A program made the translations under genes and the position numbers. The notes under the pieces are model-generated. The model saw only the letters and a program-made list of their open reading frames with translations, ran no database searches and was not told the origin of the DNA. A stretch of 64,000 bases of DNA from Prasinococcaceae sp. CCMP 1430 (lineage: Eukaryota > Plantae > Prasinodermophyta), in NCBI GenBank assembly GCA_013416795.1, contig RQSC01000518.1:72510-136509 (forward strand), read 5' to 3'. This document shows positions 34,291 through 45,023 of the stretch, in pieces; position 1 is the first letter of the stretch, and each line of letters opens with the position of its first letter.

Positions 34291-35236
34291 ATGCCACCCG
34301 CAAAACACGCGCGGGCGTCGACGCCGGCACAGCGCGCACGCGGCGAGCGCTCGCGCGCGCGCAGGGCGGCCGCGGCCGCGGCCGGCAGGGGGCGGGCGAC
34401 GGATGCGACGGAGGCCATCTCTGCTCTGATTCGACGTGCCAACTCGCTGCGCCGCTCCTCGTCCGCCGTGTGGCGCCCCCGCACGCGCGCGCGCGCAAAA
34501 AGCCTCCCGCTGCTGCTGCTGCTGCGCGCGCGCGCGGCAGCGCACTGGCTGCCCGCCCGCGCGCCCGCGTGGCGCGCCGCCGGTGACCGAGCGTAATCCA
34601 CGCCGACGAAATCCCACTCCTCACGAGAATTTCCCCATGCGAACAACCCTTCTGGCGCGCGGCGCGGCCCCGGCGTCGCGCGTCCGAACGCCGCTCCGGA
34701 AAGAAGCGGTCCCACGACACGCTCCGGAAGCGCGGGCGCCCCGCGCCGCCGCCGGCCGGGCGCCGACGAAAAAAGGCGCGTCGTCAAGGAAATGGATCCA
34801 AAATCAGGTGACGTCGCCGCACATCGAAGTCCACCGGCGCTACCGACTGCGCGGAAAATGACCCGACTTGCTCGGGACGAGCCCACCATCCAGCCAGCGA
34901 GCCAGAGGCAAAACGTTTCTCCTTCGTCGTTGCCAAACACATGGACCGACCGAGCCGACCTAACGACCCTCGCATCCGCTTGCTCGGATCGTCGGTGTCT
35001 TTTTTTGTGCGGGGGTGCCGCTTTTCGGGTCATTTCTCCGCATGAAGGCGAGTCTATCCGGAATCGCGATTCGTGGCTGTCGGTGGTTCGGGCGGTGCGT
35101 AGGCGGGTGCGCGCGCGGCGCTGCTGCGCCGCCGCTCGACGTGCGCGGGCCGGAGCGAGGCGGCAGGGGTGAGGTGGCTGGAGCGAGGACGCCGGAGCGC
35201 GCGTGCTGCGGGCGCGCCCTCACAGATCTTGCCGCG

Positions 35237-36481
35237 ATGGACCTGGTGGCACCCGCCAGCACGCAAGCGCGGGCGGCGCATAGTGGCCACCGACCTGCCA
35301 CACGTCGGCACCGGCAGCGGCGCTCGCGGGGGACCTGGGTGCACGCGAACCGCAGCAGCGGGGATGCATGCGCCACCAGCGGGCCCGACAAGCTCATGCT
35401 CGGCACGATGCAGCTCGGCGAGCTTCTCGGTCGCGAGGCGTCGTTCGCGCTGCTGTCGCATGCGCTCCGCGAACATGGTGTGCGCGCATTCGATAGCGCA
35501 GAGATGTATCCGGTGCCCCAACGAGCCGCTACTGCCGGCGATTCGGAGCGCATCATCGGTGCATGGATGCGCGTGGCAGGCGTGGCGCGCGACAGCGTCT
35601 TGCTCAGCACCAAAGCGACCGGCCCTGGGGACATGGAGTGGATCCGCGGTGGACCTGGCCCGCTCACGGCCGACGCCATCGAGACTGCACTCGACGGCTC
35701 GCTGCGCCGCATGGGCACCGATTACGTGGATATCTACCATCTGCACTGGCCCGACCGCTACGTGCCAATGTTTGGCGAAGTGCACTACGATGTAAATCGA
35801 CGCTTCCGCGGCGCTGTGCCTCTCGAGGAGCAGCTGGAGGCGCTCCAGCGCGCCATTCACAAGGGCAAGGTCAGGCGCGCGGCGCTCAGCAACGAGACTC
35901 CCTACGGAGTCGCCCGCTGCGTGCACGCGGCCGGCGGAGCAAGCGCGCCCACCTCGTGCGCAAAGGTGTCAGCTGTTCAGCAGGCGTACAGCCTCCTCAA
36001 CCGTACATTTGACGCGGGTCTCGCAGAGGCGTGCGTCGAGGGCGGCGTATCGTTGCTGGCGTATGCGCCGCTTGCGGCGGGGCTGCTCAGCGGCAAGTAT
36101 CACGGCTACAGCGGGGCTTCCGTGGAGGTCGACGCGGGAGAATTGAGTGCGAGCTGCCACGGTGGCCCCGGCGGGGCGCGCCTGAACATGTATACCGGGA
36201 AAGGGGATGAGGATGAGGAGCGGTACCACCCAGAGGCGCCGAATGTCGAGGAAGCTGTTCACGAGTACATGGCCCTGGCCGCCGCCGTCGGCGAGACGCC
36301 AGCATCCTTCGCGCTCCGCTTCGTTCTGAGCCATCCGATGCTGGAACGCGCTGTCATAGGCGCCACGTGCGCCCAGCAGCTCGACGAGCTGTGCGGCGCG
36401 GCACAGCGAGGGCCTCTCGACGAGCGCTCGCTCGAGCGCATCGACCACGTGCATGCTCGCTACCCGAACCCGACGCCGTGA
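35237..36481 (+). CDS. Aldo-keto reductase, Tas-like
   Basis: LGTMQ.GE, FDSAEMYPVP, SE.IIG.W, LSTK.TGP, GSLRRMGTDYVDIYHLHWPDRYVPMFG, LSNETPYG, YSLLNR, YAPLAAGLLSGKY, terminal PNP.P. Confidence 0.93.
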   Translation: MDLVAPASTQARAAHSGHRPATRRHRQRRSRGTWVHANRSSGDACATSGPDKLMLGTMQLGELLGREASFALLSHALREHGVRAFDSAEMYPVPQRAATAGDSERIIGAWMRVAGVARDSVLLSTKATGPGDMEWIRGGPGPLTADAIETALDGSLRRMGTDYVDIYHLHWPDRYVPMFGEVHYDVNRRFRGAVPLEEQLEALQRAIHKGKVRRAALSNETPYGVARCVHAAGGASAPTSCAKVSAVQQAYSLLNRTFDAGLAEACVEGGVSLLAYAPLAAGLLSGKYHGYSGASVEVDAGELSASCHGGPGGARLNMYTGKGDEDEERYHPEAPNVEEAVHEYMALAAAVGETPASFALRFVLSHPMLERAVIGATCAQQLDELCGAAQRGPLDERSLERIDHVHARYPNPTP

Positions 36482-36680
36482 GTGCAACGCGCCATGAGTG
36501 CAAAACCTGTTTGTATTAATTCCAGCGATGTAAAATACGTGTACAGTGTGACCGCCGCGCGTTCGCAGCTTTTTGCGCGTGTGACCGCCGGAGTGCTCGC
36601 GCGTGTGCGCGTTCGGTTTGCCTCGGCTCTGACTCCCGGTGGGGCCGCCGCCGAAGATTGAAAGCAGGTCGGTGGGACCG

Positions 36681-38096
36681 CTAGAAGTCCTCAGAGAGCT
36701 CTGTGCCGAACCACCTGTTCATCGCCTCGTACGTCGCCCAGCAGATGGCCGCGCTCGGCGAGTGATACAGAACGCGCGGCCACATACCGCGTAGAAGGGC
36801 AAGTTTCCCCTCCTCTCGCGCAATGCGGCGCATGGTCGGAATAACGTCCTGCGCGTACGCGACGATGCCATCGCTGCCGCCACCCGTGACCCCCACGTGC
36901 TGCGTCTGCAGGCGCGTCTTCACCACGTCGAGCGGTGTCGTCACCGAGCTCGCCACCGCCCCGGCCGCGGCACCACTCACGAGGTGCACAAGGACCTGTC
37001 CGTTTCCAGTCTCCGGCTCACTCGGAGTGCCCACCACCGCCGCGCTGCAGCCAGTGTCCGCAGCGAGCCGCTGCGTCCCCCCGTCGGCCCCAACCGTCGC
37101 CACCTCGAGCTGCCGCGCCTCTCCCACGCGCTCCGCCTTTGTAACCGCCCCGGCGGGCCCGTGCACATCACCGCCGCTGAGCGCGCGCTTCGAGAGCTCG
37201 TACGTGGTGAAGTAGAGCGCCGTGTAGGGTATGTTCATGATGAGCGTTGTTCGGTAGCTTGCGTAGAATGCCCCGAGCCCCTCTCTGCGGATCATGTTGC
37301 GCATCGTTTTCTGCATGCACCCACCCGCCAGCTGCTGTCGTTGCTTCACTGTGTCCATCGGCGTCGATATGGCATCCGCTGCGACAGTTGCAAAGCCGCC
37401 CGCGAGTGAATACACGAGCGGCCCAGCGGTGTCTCCCGGCACGCGCTTCTCCAGTTCGCGCTTGATCGCCTCGTACACTGCGAAATACACGCCGTGCGCG
37501 GGCCCTGCCGCCGCCGCCATCGCCGGCATACCGCGCCAAAGCGCGCCCATGCCCTCCCGCCGCACTACGCGCCTGGCAATGCGATGTAGCGGCTTGTGAA
37601 TTTGCCCGCGTGGCTCGGCGCAAGGTGCGGTGCGAAGTGCCTGCAGGCGCGTCTTGACAGTGTCCACCGGAAACTGAACGCGCGTCGTTGTGAGCAACGT
37701 GCGGGGTCGTTGTGTCAGAGGCCGTGAGGGCACGCGTGCGCGCGGTGGGGGCGGTGCGGAGGCAGAGTGGCCAAGCGCAAGCTCTTGCGGTGGTGGCACG
37801 CGCGCGCGCGCGCGAGAGAGAGAGAGAGCACAGTGTGGGCAAGCGCGCGATCCACGCACCATTGTGCAGTGCTCGACGACCCCCGCCGCCGCGCCTGCCG
37901 CCATGTGCTGCCAGAAGAGCGCGCGTTCGGGTGAAACTGCGGCTTCCGCTGCTGCTGCCATTTGCCCGACGGCATAGCGCCCGCTACTTTCTCCGCCACT
38001 GTCGCCGCCGCTGCATCCGCCGCCGGCGCTTGTGCCGCTGCTGCTGCTGCCGCCGCGGCCGCCGCCGTGGCTTCGAGCGTCCGCCGCTCCCGCCAT
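36681..38096 (-). CDS. Mitochondrial carrier, mitoferrin (MRS3/4) type, 2 exons: 38096-37860, 37673-36681
   Basis: [84 protein letters not shown]. Confidence 0.92.
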   Translation of the reverse strand: MAGAADARSHGGGRGGSSSSGTSAGGGCSGGDSGGESSGRYAVGQMAAAAEAAVSPERALFWQHMAAGAAAGVVEHCTMVRGSRACPHCALSLSRARARVPPPQELALGHSASAPPPPRARVPSRPLTQRPRTLLTTTRVQFPVDTVKTRLQALRTAPCAEPRGQIHKPLHRIARRVVRREGMGALWRGMPAMAAAAGPAHGVYFAVYEAIKRELEKRVPGDTAGPLVYSLAGGFATVAADAISTPMDTVKQRQQLAGGCMQKTMRNMIRREGLGAFYASYRTTLIMNIPYTALYFTTYELSKRALSGGDVHGPAGAVTKAERVGEARQLEVATVGADGGTQRLAADTGCSAAVVGTPSEPETGNGQVLVHLVSGAAAGAVASSVTTPLDVVKTRLQTQHVGVTGGGSDGIVAYAQDVIPTMRRIAREEGKLALLRGMWPRVLYHSPSAAICWATYEAMNRWFGTELSEDF

Positions 38097-38324
38097 CGCG
38101 TCGGGCCAGCGGTGATCGGCGATCGCCGCGGCACGTCTGCGGCTCGGCTAGCGCTCGTGCGCGTGCCCCCCCCCCCCCCCACCCCCCCCGGCGCGCGCGC
38201 CCCCGCTTGCCTGCGGTCACACTCCCTCGCTCGCGCACTGCCACCTCCCTCTCTCTCCCGCGCGCTTGCGCGCTGGTGTGCCGCCTCCCCCCGGCGCGCA
38301 TTGGGCGCGGCTGCGGCGCTGCGC

Positions 38325-38827
38325 GAGGGCGGGCTGGAGACGGGGTCCATCACGGAGATCTACGGCGAGTTCCGCACAGGCAAGACGCAGCTCTGTCATA
38401 CGCTGTGCGTGACGTGCCAGCTGCCAATGGACCAGGGCGGGGGCGAGGGCAAGGCGTTGTATATCGACACGGAGGGCACATTCCGCCCGCAGCGCCTCGT
38501 GCAGATCGCCGAGCGCTTCGGCCTGAACGCGCAGGACGTGCTGGACAACGTGGCGTACGCGCGCGCGTACAATAGCGACCACCAGAGCCAGCTGCTCCTG
38601 CAGGCCGCCAGTATGATGACCGAGCAGCGCTTCGCGCTGCTGATCGTCGACAGTGCGACTGCGCTCTACCGCACGGACTACAACGGCCGTGGGGAGCTGA
38701 GCGCGCGCCAGGTGCACCTCGGCAGGTTCCTGAGGAGCCTGCAGCGGCTAGCCGACGAATTCGGCATCGCGGTCGTGGTGACCAACCAGGTCGTGGCCAA
38801 GGTCGACGGTGGCCCCATGGCATTCGG
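38325..38827 (+). pseudogene. RAD51: RAD51 central fragment (partial gene; truncated or misassembled)
   Basis: [51 protein letters not shown]...[26 protein letters not shown]...NQVVA.VDG. N-terminal domain and C-terminus are absent, and the sequence ends at the N at 38828. Confidence 0.9.
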
Positions 38828-38828
38828 N

Positions 38829-39793
38829 GGAGACGGACGCCTCCGGGCGGCGGTGGGTGCGCGACGCGCGCGGCAAGCGCATCGGCGTCGCGCCGGGCGC
38901 CAGGCGCGAGAGGAGGGGGGAGGAGGACGCCGGGGGCGGCAAGGGCGGCTTCGCGGCGCTCAAAAAGGGCGCCGGCGACGGCGAAGGCGGCTTCAGGTGC
39001 GCGCGCGGCCGCGCGGGCGCACGGCGCCCACGGCGCCCACGGCGTCCCGTCGGGGCCAGGTGGCGCAGTGGACGTCGACGCGTTCCTCGACACGCTCAAG
39101 TGGAACGCGGACGGCCATGTGTGTGCAATCGCGCAGCACGTCAACACCGGCCAGATCCTGATGCAGGCGTTCGCAGACAGGACGGCCGTGCGCAAGACGC
39201 TGCTCGAGGGCAAGGCGACGTTCTGGAGCCGCAGCCGCGCCTCGCTGTGGACCAAGGGCGAGACAAGTGGCAACTTCATCCGCGTGCACGAGGTTTACAT
39301 GGACTGCGACGCGGACTCGCTCATCTACCTGTCGACTCCCGACGGGCCTTCGTGCCACACGGGCGCTGACACGTGCTTCTTTGCGCCGCTGCACGCGAGC
39401 GGGGGAGAGGACACGAGCAGCCCCACCGTGGAGGTCGGCGAGGACAAACAGTTGCTGACGACGCTGTTCGGGCTGGAGCGCACCATCCTCGAGCGCAAGG
39501 CTGCGCTGGGCGAGCCTCTGGCTGATGGAGCCAAGCCTTCGTGGACTGCTAAGCTGCTCACGGATCCCGACCTGTGCTGTAAGAAGGTGCGAGAGGAGGC
39601 CGACGAGCTCTGCCGGACGTACGAGGACAAGGAGGGCAGGCAGGCGACCGCCTCGGAGATGGCGGATGTGCTGTACCACTCGATGGTCCTATGTGCGCAT
39701 GAGGGTGTGGCACTTGAGGAGGTGGTGGAGGTGCTCAGGGGGCGGTTCACGCAAAGCGGCATCGAGGAGAAGGCCGCGCGCGCGGCGAAGTGA
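38829..39793 (+). CDS. HISN2: Histidine biosynthesis bifunctional HisIE (5' end probably cut by the N)
   Basis: AIAQ...TG.ILMQAFA, ATFWSRSR..LWTKGETSGN, DCD.DSL, GPSCHTG..TCF, SWTAKLL, KKVREEADE, SEMADVLYH. The frame stays open back to the N with Ala/Arg/Ser-rich transit-like sequence but no ATG. Confidence 0.92.
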
Positions 39794-40022
39794 GCGCCGA
39801 AAGCGAGCAAGCGCAGTGTGTGCGTGGGACGGGCGTTGGGATGGGAGCTTTCGTGCTCGCGCGCCTTCAGGCTTCGGCAAGAGCGCAGAGCGAGTGTGAG
39901 AGCGCACACTCCTGTTCGATAAGTTCCTCAAAATTGCATCATCTGAGGCTGGCGCACGCATGAGTGGCGCCGAGAACGCGCCCGCGCCGCCACGCGCACG
40001 TGTGTTGGCGCATAACCAGGTC

Positions 40023-40937
40023 TCAGCCCATGACCAACGTGAGCCACCCGATGGCTAGCGCCATCAGGAAGAACGGATAGACGGCGAGCGCGCGCCGTGT
40101 CTCACCCACGGCAGCGCCAACATACGGCACCGCTGCGTAGCTGCTCCAGCCGACGCCAAGCAACACCATCAGCACCCTCCACAGGCGATTCGCAACCGGT
40201 AGACAGAGCGCCGCGGCGAGCACCAGCGGGAAGATGCAGTATCCCAGCAAGCTCAGACTCTGGAAGAACATGATGGTGCCCCCGAGCGCCTTGACGTTGA
40301 CAGTGATCACGACGGATCCAGCGGCGACTGTTGTGAACACGACACTGAACACGAGGCCCATGGAGTCGGAGCCATCGTCGGTCTTGCCGCCACCATGGCC
40401 GATCGATATGAGCGCGGAGAGCGCAAGAACGTACAGGGCTGGGCCGTAGAGGTCCCATTCTCGCAGCGCGTCGCGCCCCCATCCCTGGTCACGACGAGGG
40501 AGGAGAACCTGAGCGCGGTGGGAGGCGACGGAGCGGAGAGTCAGAATGCGCAGTGGCTACAAGCAGCCGCGCAGCGGACGAGCGCGGCAGCGCAAAAGGT
40601 GGCGGGCTAGCGCCCCCGGCAGGCGCAGTCGCACCTGGCGAGTGTTGGTCGCAACACGTCGCACATCGCGCATCAGCGTCGTCCACACCGACTCGTCCAG
40701 GGCGGCCTCCTCAGACGGAGAGGGACCACCGCCGAAGCCCGCTGCTGCTCCTGGTGCGCCAGCGGTCGAGGCAGTCGCAATGACGAACGGATTCTGTTCC
40801 ACTTCGCCACTCCCGCCGCTACCTCCCGCCGCACCAACGGACGCGTTTCCGCCGCCGCCGCTCAAGTTTGCGTCCTCGCCGAAGATCTCATCAATCTGGT
40901 CCAGCCCCTCGATGGTCACTTCCTTCTCCTCGGCCAT
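40023..40937 (-). CDS. YIP1 family protein (YIPF6-like), 2 exons: 40937-40635, 40508-40023
   Basis: LDESVWTTL.RDV..V..N..Q-VLLP...ALREWDLYGP, VITVNV..LGG.I.FFQSLSLLGYCIFPL, RRALAVYP. Confidence 0.9.
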
Positions 40938-41377
40938 TGCCTTCGTGTGGCAAACCTCCCGCTGCCGCACGTGAAGAGCAAGTGTGCGTCAAAGGTCTTC
41001 CCCCCCTGGCCTCTCTCGCTCACGTGCGCGCACCGGGGACCTGGCGTGCGGCCTGGTGTGGAGGGCCGCGGTAGCGTGCACGCGCCGCCCGGGGGCCGAG
41101 CGCTAACTCGGCCCCCCTGTAGCTTCCTCCCCCGCCCGCCCGCTCGTCCGCTCTCGCGCTCGCTCCCTCCCCACCCCTCAGCCGGTTGCGATGTGGCGCG
41201 CGCGCGCTCGCTCTCGCGCCTCCGCCCTCGCGAGCTCAGCCCCTGGCCGGGTTCTCCCCGCGGCGGGCGCACGCGCGCGGCTGTTGGAACGCGCAGCGCC
41301 CTGCGCGCACACCCGCCGCAGCAGGCGCGCGCGGCGCTGCCGGCCGGCACCCCGAACGACCTCCCGAAGCGGTCCTG

Positions 41378-41444
41378 GGGTTAAGGTTACACTGTACAGT
41401 ACAGTATGAGTTATGGTTTAGGGTTTAGTCTTAGGGTTAGGGTC
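41378..41444. repeat. interstitial telomere-like cluster (TTTAGGG/TTAGGG units)
   Basis: GGTTTAGGGTTTAGTCTTAGGGTTAGGG between divergent genes. Confidence 0.75.
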
Positions 41445-41633
41445 ATGCGCTCGCGGCAGTTGGGCGCGGGCGCCCCTTCGTGCGACGTTCGACGAGGCTC
41501 GCGAGCGGGCGCCGGAGGGGGGGCGAGGGTGAGCCGCGAGGCGGGTGGGAGCGTCCGCGAGCATGCACGCGCATGCACGTGCACGGCTCACACTGCGCGC
41601 CGAGTGCGTCAGGCGCAGGTGCGGCGCGGCGGC

Positions 41634-42759
41634 ATGTCACGGGCGCTGTGTGCTCTCGTCGGCGCCGCCCGCGCTCTTGCGCTCGATGAGACCACCGCCG
41701 AGTACGCCATGCAGGCCGTGCGCGACGCTGCTGCGGGCGAGCTCGAAGTGGCAGAGCTCGCCGAATGTGTCAGCGGCGTGGACGAGGACTTTGATGGACT
41801 GGCATTGGATGAGAAGGCGCACAGGGTGGAGCGTGCGCTCGCCGTGCACCGGGAGGAGCAGCAGCTCGGGAAGCCGCGCGAGGGGCGGCAGTGTGCGCAG
41901 CAAGCGAGCGGGCGCGAAGGGCGTCAGGGCAGTGTCGAGAGGGAAGCAAACGCGGATGCGGTGGGCAATCGGCCGCGTCTACCGCCCGCAGCGCCGCCGG
42001 GCGGCTCAGGAGATCGGTGGGCGGACGCAGACGCCGCAGTTGTGTCCACCTCCGCACCCAGTCCGGCCGACACAGAGTACGGAACGAAGGACGAGGTCAT
42101 CGAGCTCCTGCGCGAGCTCGTCGGACGCGAGCTCTCCATGCGCGCCGCGCACTACATTCTTTGGAGGAAGCATGGTGGTGACCGCGACGCGGCTGCCGCG
42201 TGGCTCCTGGAGCACGGCGTTACGTCCGCAGAGAAGGCGTGCGCCGACGCGGTGGCTGCTGACGATAGGAGCAGGGAGGAGGAGCTTGAGCGCGAGGCGC
42301 GAGAGCGCCGCGCCGCTGCCGCGGCCATCCTAAGAGCAGGCCACGACCTACGAGCAGAGCCAACTGGTGACAAGCCGAAACGCCCGGGGCTCATCGTGCC
42401 CTATCACGACGGTGAGTCGACTCTGCGTGCTGCGGCAGGGGTGCCGGCGGTGTGCACACGAATGCCCACGCTGGCAGACGCAGTGAGCCCTCGCTTGTGT
42501 ACCGCTACGCGTGACGCTGACGCTTGCCAGCTTGCCCCACGAGCGCCCCGTAGGTCGTGCAAAACCCTCCAAAAGGAGCGCAGGCGGTGGCAAGAATAAA
42601 AAGGGTGGGGTAACAGGGGTTCGCTACAGGGATGGCATGGTAGTGCAGGCCAAGGATACGCAGGGGGGCAAATACCTCGTCGAACAGAAGGAGGAGTGGG
42701 ATGGGGGGTCCAAAGGCAAGGTTATCACGAAAGGCAAGCGCGGCAAGGGCTACGTGTGA
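41634..42759 (+). CDS. CUE-domain protein, CUEDC2-like, 2 exons: 41634-42411, 42554-42759
   Basis: CUE/UBA-like IELLRELV...AHYIL..KHGGDRDAAAAWLLE. C-terminal VRYRDGMVV...GGKY resembles the CUEDC2 tail. Phase-1 GTGAGT..GCTGAC..TAG intron. Confidence 0.6.
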
Positions 42760-42809
42760 TCTCTGCAACGCAACGCGCCTGCCATCTTCATTTGCAAGGT
42801 TGCATACAG

Positions 42810-44276
42810 TCATCTGCGCAACTGCAAAGACATTCGCATCTTTGCGGTCTCAGCCGCGCGGCGTGGTCGGCGCGCGCGGATGGTTGCGCCAGGGGGGGAG
42901 AAGAGGAGACCAGCAGACCGGGCAGCCTGGCGCTGTGTGCGCGGGTGCGTTGGCTCCACCGGCACGCATCTTGTCGAGGGTGGCGGAGGCGACGCAGTTA
43001 CGGCTTCGTCCGACGCCACGTCGCCCTTCTCCTCGCGGTGTGTGTCCGCGTGGGGAGATCTCGCGTGCGTCTCGTCCAGAGGCGCGCTTGGGCAGCCTGC
43101 CCGGATGCGCGTACTCGTGGGGCGCCTTATCGTCGATGCAGACGCAGGTGGGTGTCGCGCTCCGCCCAAATCAGTAAGCTCGATTCCTCGCAAGGCCCCC
43201 ATGGCCTCATCGACGTCCCAGCGCTGCGCCGGGTGCACCCAACAGGCCCCCAAGAGTACTTCATAGAGCTCCTTGCAGTCATCGGCCACATATTCACCCA
43301 TCGCGCTGAGCACGGCCTTAACTTTGGCCTCGAGCTTCGTGGGACGTGCAGTACTGCGACTTAAGCGCAGGGCGTCGAGCTGCTGCTCCAGCAGAGCGAC
43401 TCCAGCCGAACGCAGGGCGCGCAGGTCGATACACAGGTCGGCAGCCATCACGAGGAACGCCCACATATCGACTTCGTGGCCATACCTGGGGGAAGAGGTG
43501 TCTGGGGCTACGTAACCCGCCGTTCCAGGCCCATGGAGCGTCATTCGCCTTCGCATGCGCGCACTGTCGCAGTCGCTGCTGGAGCGATCCCTGCGTGTGG
43601 CCACGCCCTCGCTGCCCTGCAACGGCACCGCCGTGCCCCAATCGGCCATCTTCAGCACAACGCTGCGCACACTTCCTGTCGTAGCATCCCGCTGCAAGTC
43701 GCTCAAGAGGAGGTTCTCAGCCTTCAGGTCGCGCCACACAATGGACAGGTCGCGGAGGTCGCGCAGCCCTCGAAGCGTCTGCTTGAGCGCGTCAATTTTG
43801 ACTGCAACTGGCAAGCATTCCGCCTCGTGGAGCCGGAGGAGGGAACCGTGTTTGCACAATTCGAGTATCTGCGCGGCGTGGAAACCTCGGCCATCAGCGG
43901 AGCGCACCCATGTGAGCCCATGCACGCGTACTGCCGATGGAGCGCTGACCCACGTCAACTCATCCTTGACCGTGCTGTCGAACTGGGCGCCGTCCGCGCC
44001 AGCGAACGCGCCGCCCGCGACGACGACGCGCAGGCACACGCGTTTCGTTCCGTCGAGCACGGCAGCGAAAGCGAGCGCGTTTGCACCCTCTCCGAGGCAG
44101 CTGGAATCATTTCCCTTCGGCAGGCGGAGTCCTTCCCCGCCCGTTGCGCTGCCTGTGGCAAACGCGAGCCGCGCGGGCTGCACGACAGCGCACGCGCCGC
44201 CGAGAGGCGCTCGGACAGCGAGCGCGTGAAGAGCTGCCTCGGCGGCCGATGCCGATGCCACCGCGGCACCCTTCAT
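42810..44276 (-). CDS. Atypical protein kinase-domain protein
   Basis: LGEGANALAF Gly loop, ILELC.HGSL hinge, IVWRDLKAENLL, LKMADWG, GTAGYVAPD, DMWAF, P..R. Confidence 0.82.
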   Translation of the reverse strand: MKGAAVASASAAEAALHALAVRAPLGGACAVVQPARLAFATGSATGGEGLRLPKGNDSSCLGEGANALAFAAVLDGTKRVCLRVVVAGGAFAGADGAQFDSTVKDELTWVSAPSAVRVHGLTWVRSADGRGFHAAQILELCKHGSLLRLHEAECLPVAVKIDALKQTLRGLRDLRDLSIVWRDLKAENLLLSDLQRDATTGSVRSVVLKMADWGTAVPLQGSEGVATRRDRSSSDCDSARMRRRMTLHGPGTAGYVAPDTSSPRYGHEVDMWAFLVMAADLCIDLRALRSAGVALLEQQLDALRLSRSTARPTKLEAKVKAVLSAMGEYVADDCKELYEVLLGACWVHPAQRWDVDEAMGALRGIELTDLGGARHPPASASTIRRPTSTRIRAGCPSAPLDETHARSPHADTHREEKGDVASDEAVTASPPPPSTRCVPVEPTHPRTQRQAARSAGLLFSPPGATIRARRPRRAAETAKMRMSLQLRR

Positions 44277-45023
44277 CCCCCAGTTCCTCCCCACCCCACC
44301 CACTCAACCCCCACCCCCCACCCACGCGCGTGCGTCCCGCGCGCGCGTGCCTGCCACCGACGCCCGCTCGGGCGCGGCGTCTGCCGCGGAGTCTGCCGCG
44401 GCGCGGCGCGCGTTGCGGCGCGCGCCGCAGTGGCGCGTTCGAAGGCGCCCGCCGAGTCGACAGCGCGCAGCGACCCCACGGCACACGCAAGCACGAACGA
44501 CTCTGAAAATCAGGTCTGAAACGAGCACAACAACAAACCACAGGCCAACGGCACGTACGTCGCTGCGCTCGAACGTTTCGCCCGTCCAAGCCGCCTTCAC
44601 AGGCGATTTCGTGTCGCTCTGAACTCATATGAAATTCTGATGATGAGGACTGCCTTCCGTTGATTTTGACCATCTGCGAGATGGCGCCGCGGTAGGGATG
44701 CCCGCACGAGGCGCGCCACAGCTGCACAGGGCGCGCAAAAAGGAAGAGGGAAGAAACAACTCCGCCCCCGCGCCCCCACTGCCCCCGCTCCCGCAGGCCA
44801 CCACACGCGCGCGCGCGCGCGCGGTGCGGGTGGAGTTGACTGCGCCATCGCTCACGAACCCCATCCCAACGCCCCTCACTCCCCAACCCACTGGCGCGCG
44901 CGGCACGGGGCCGCGTGCGAGGGAAAGGGCGCCAGTGCGACCCCGCGCGCGCGAGCGAGCGCATGCGCGGCAGAGATCGGCTGCACGCGGCACGCGTGAA
45001 CGTGAACAGCCGCATCAGCCGCC

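Noticed and set aside
37962-39793. RAD51-HisIE fusion protein
   Set aside because: The two are in different frames and are separated by an N, so the adjacency is unverified.
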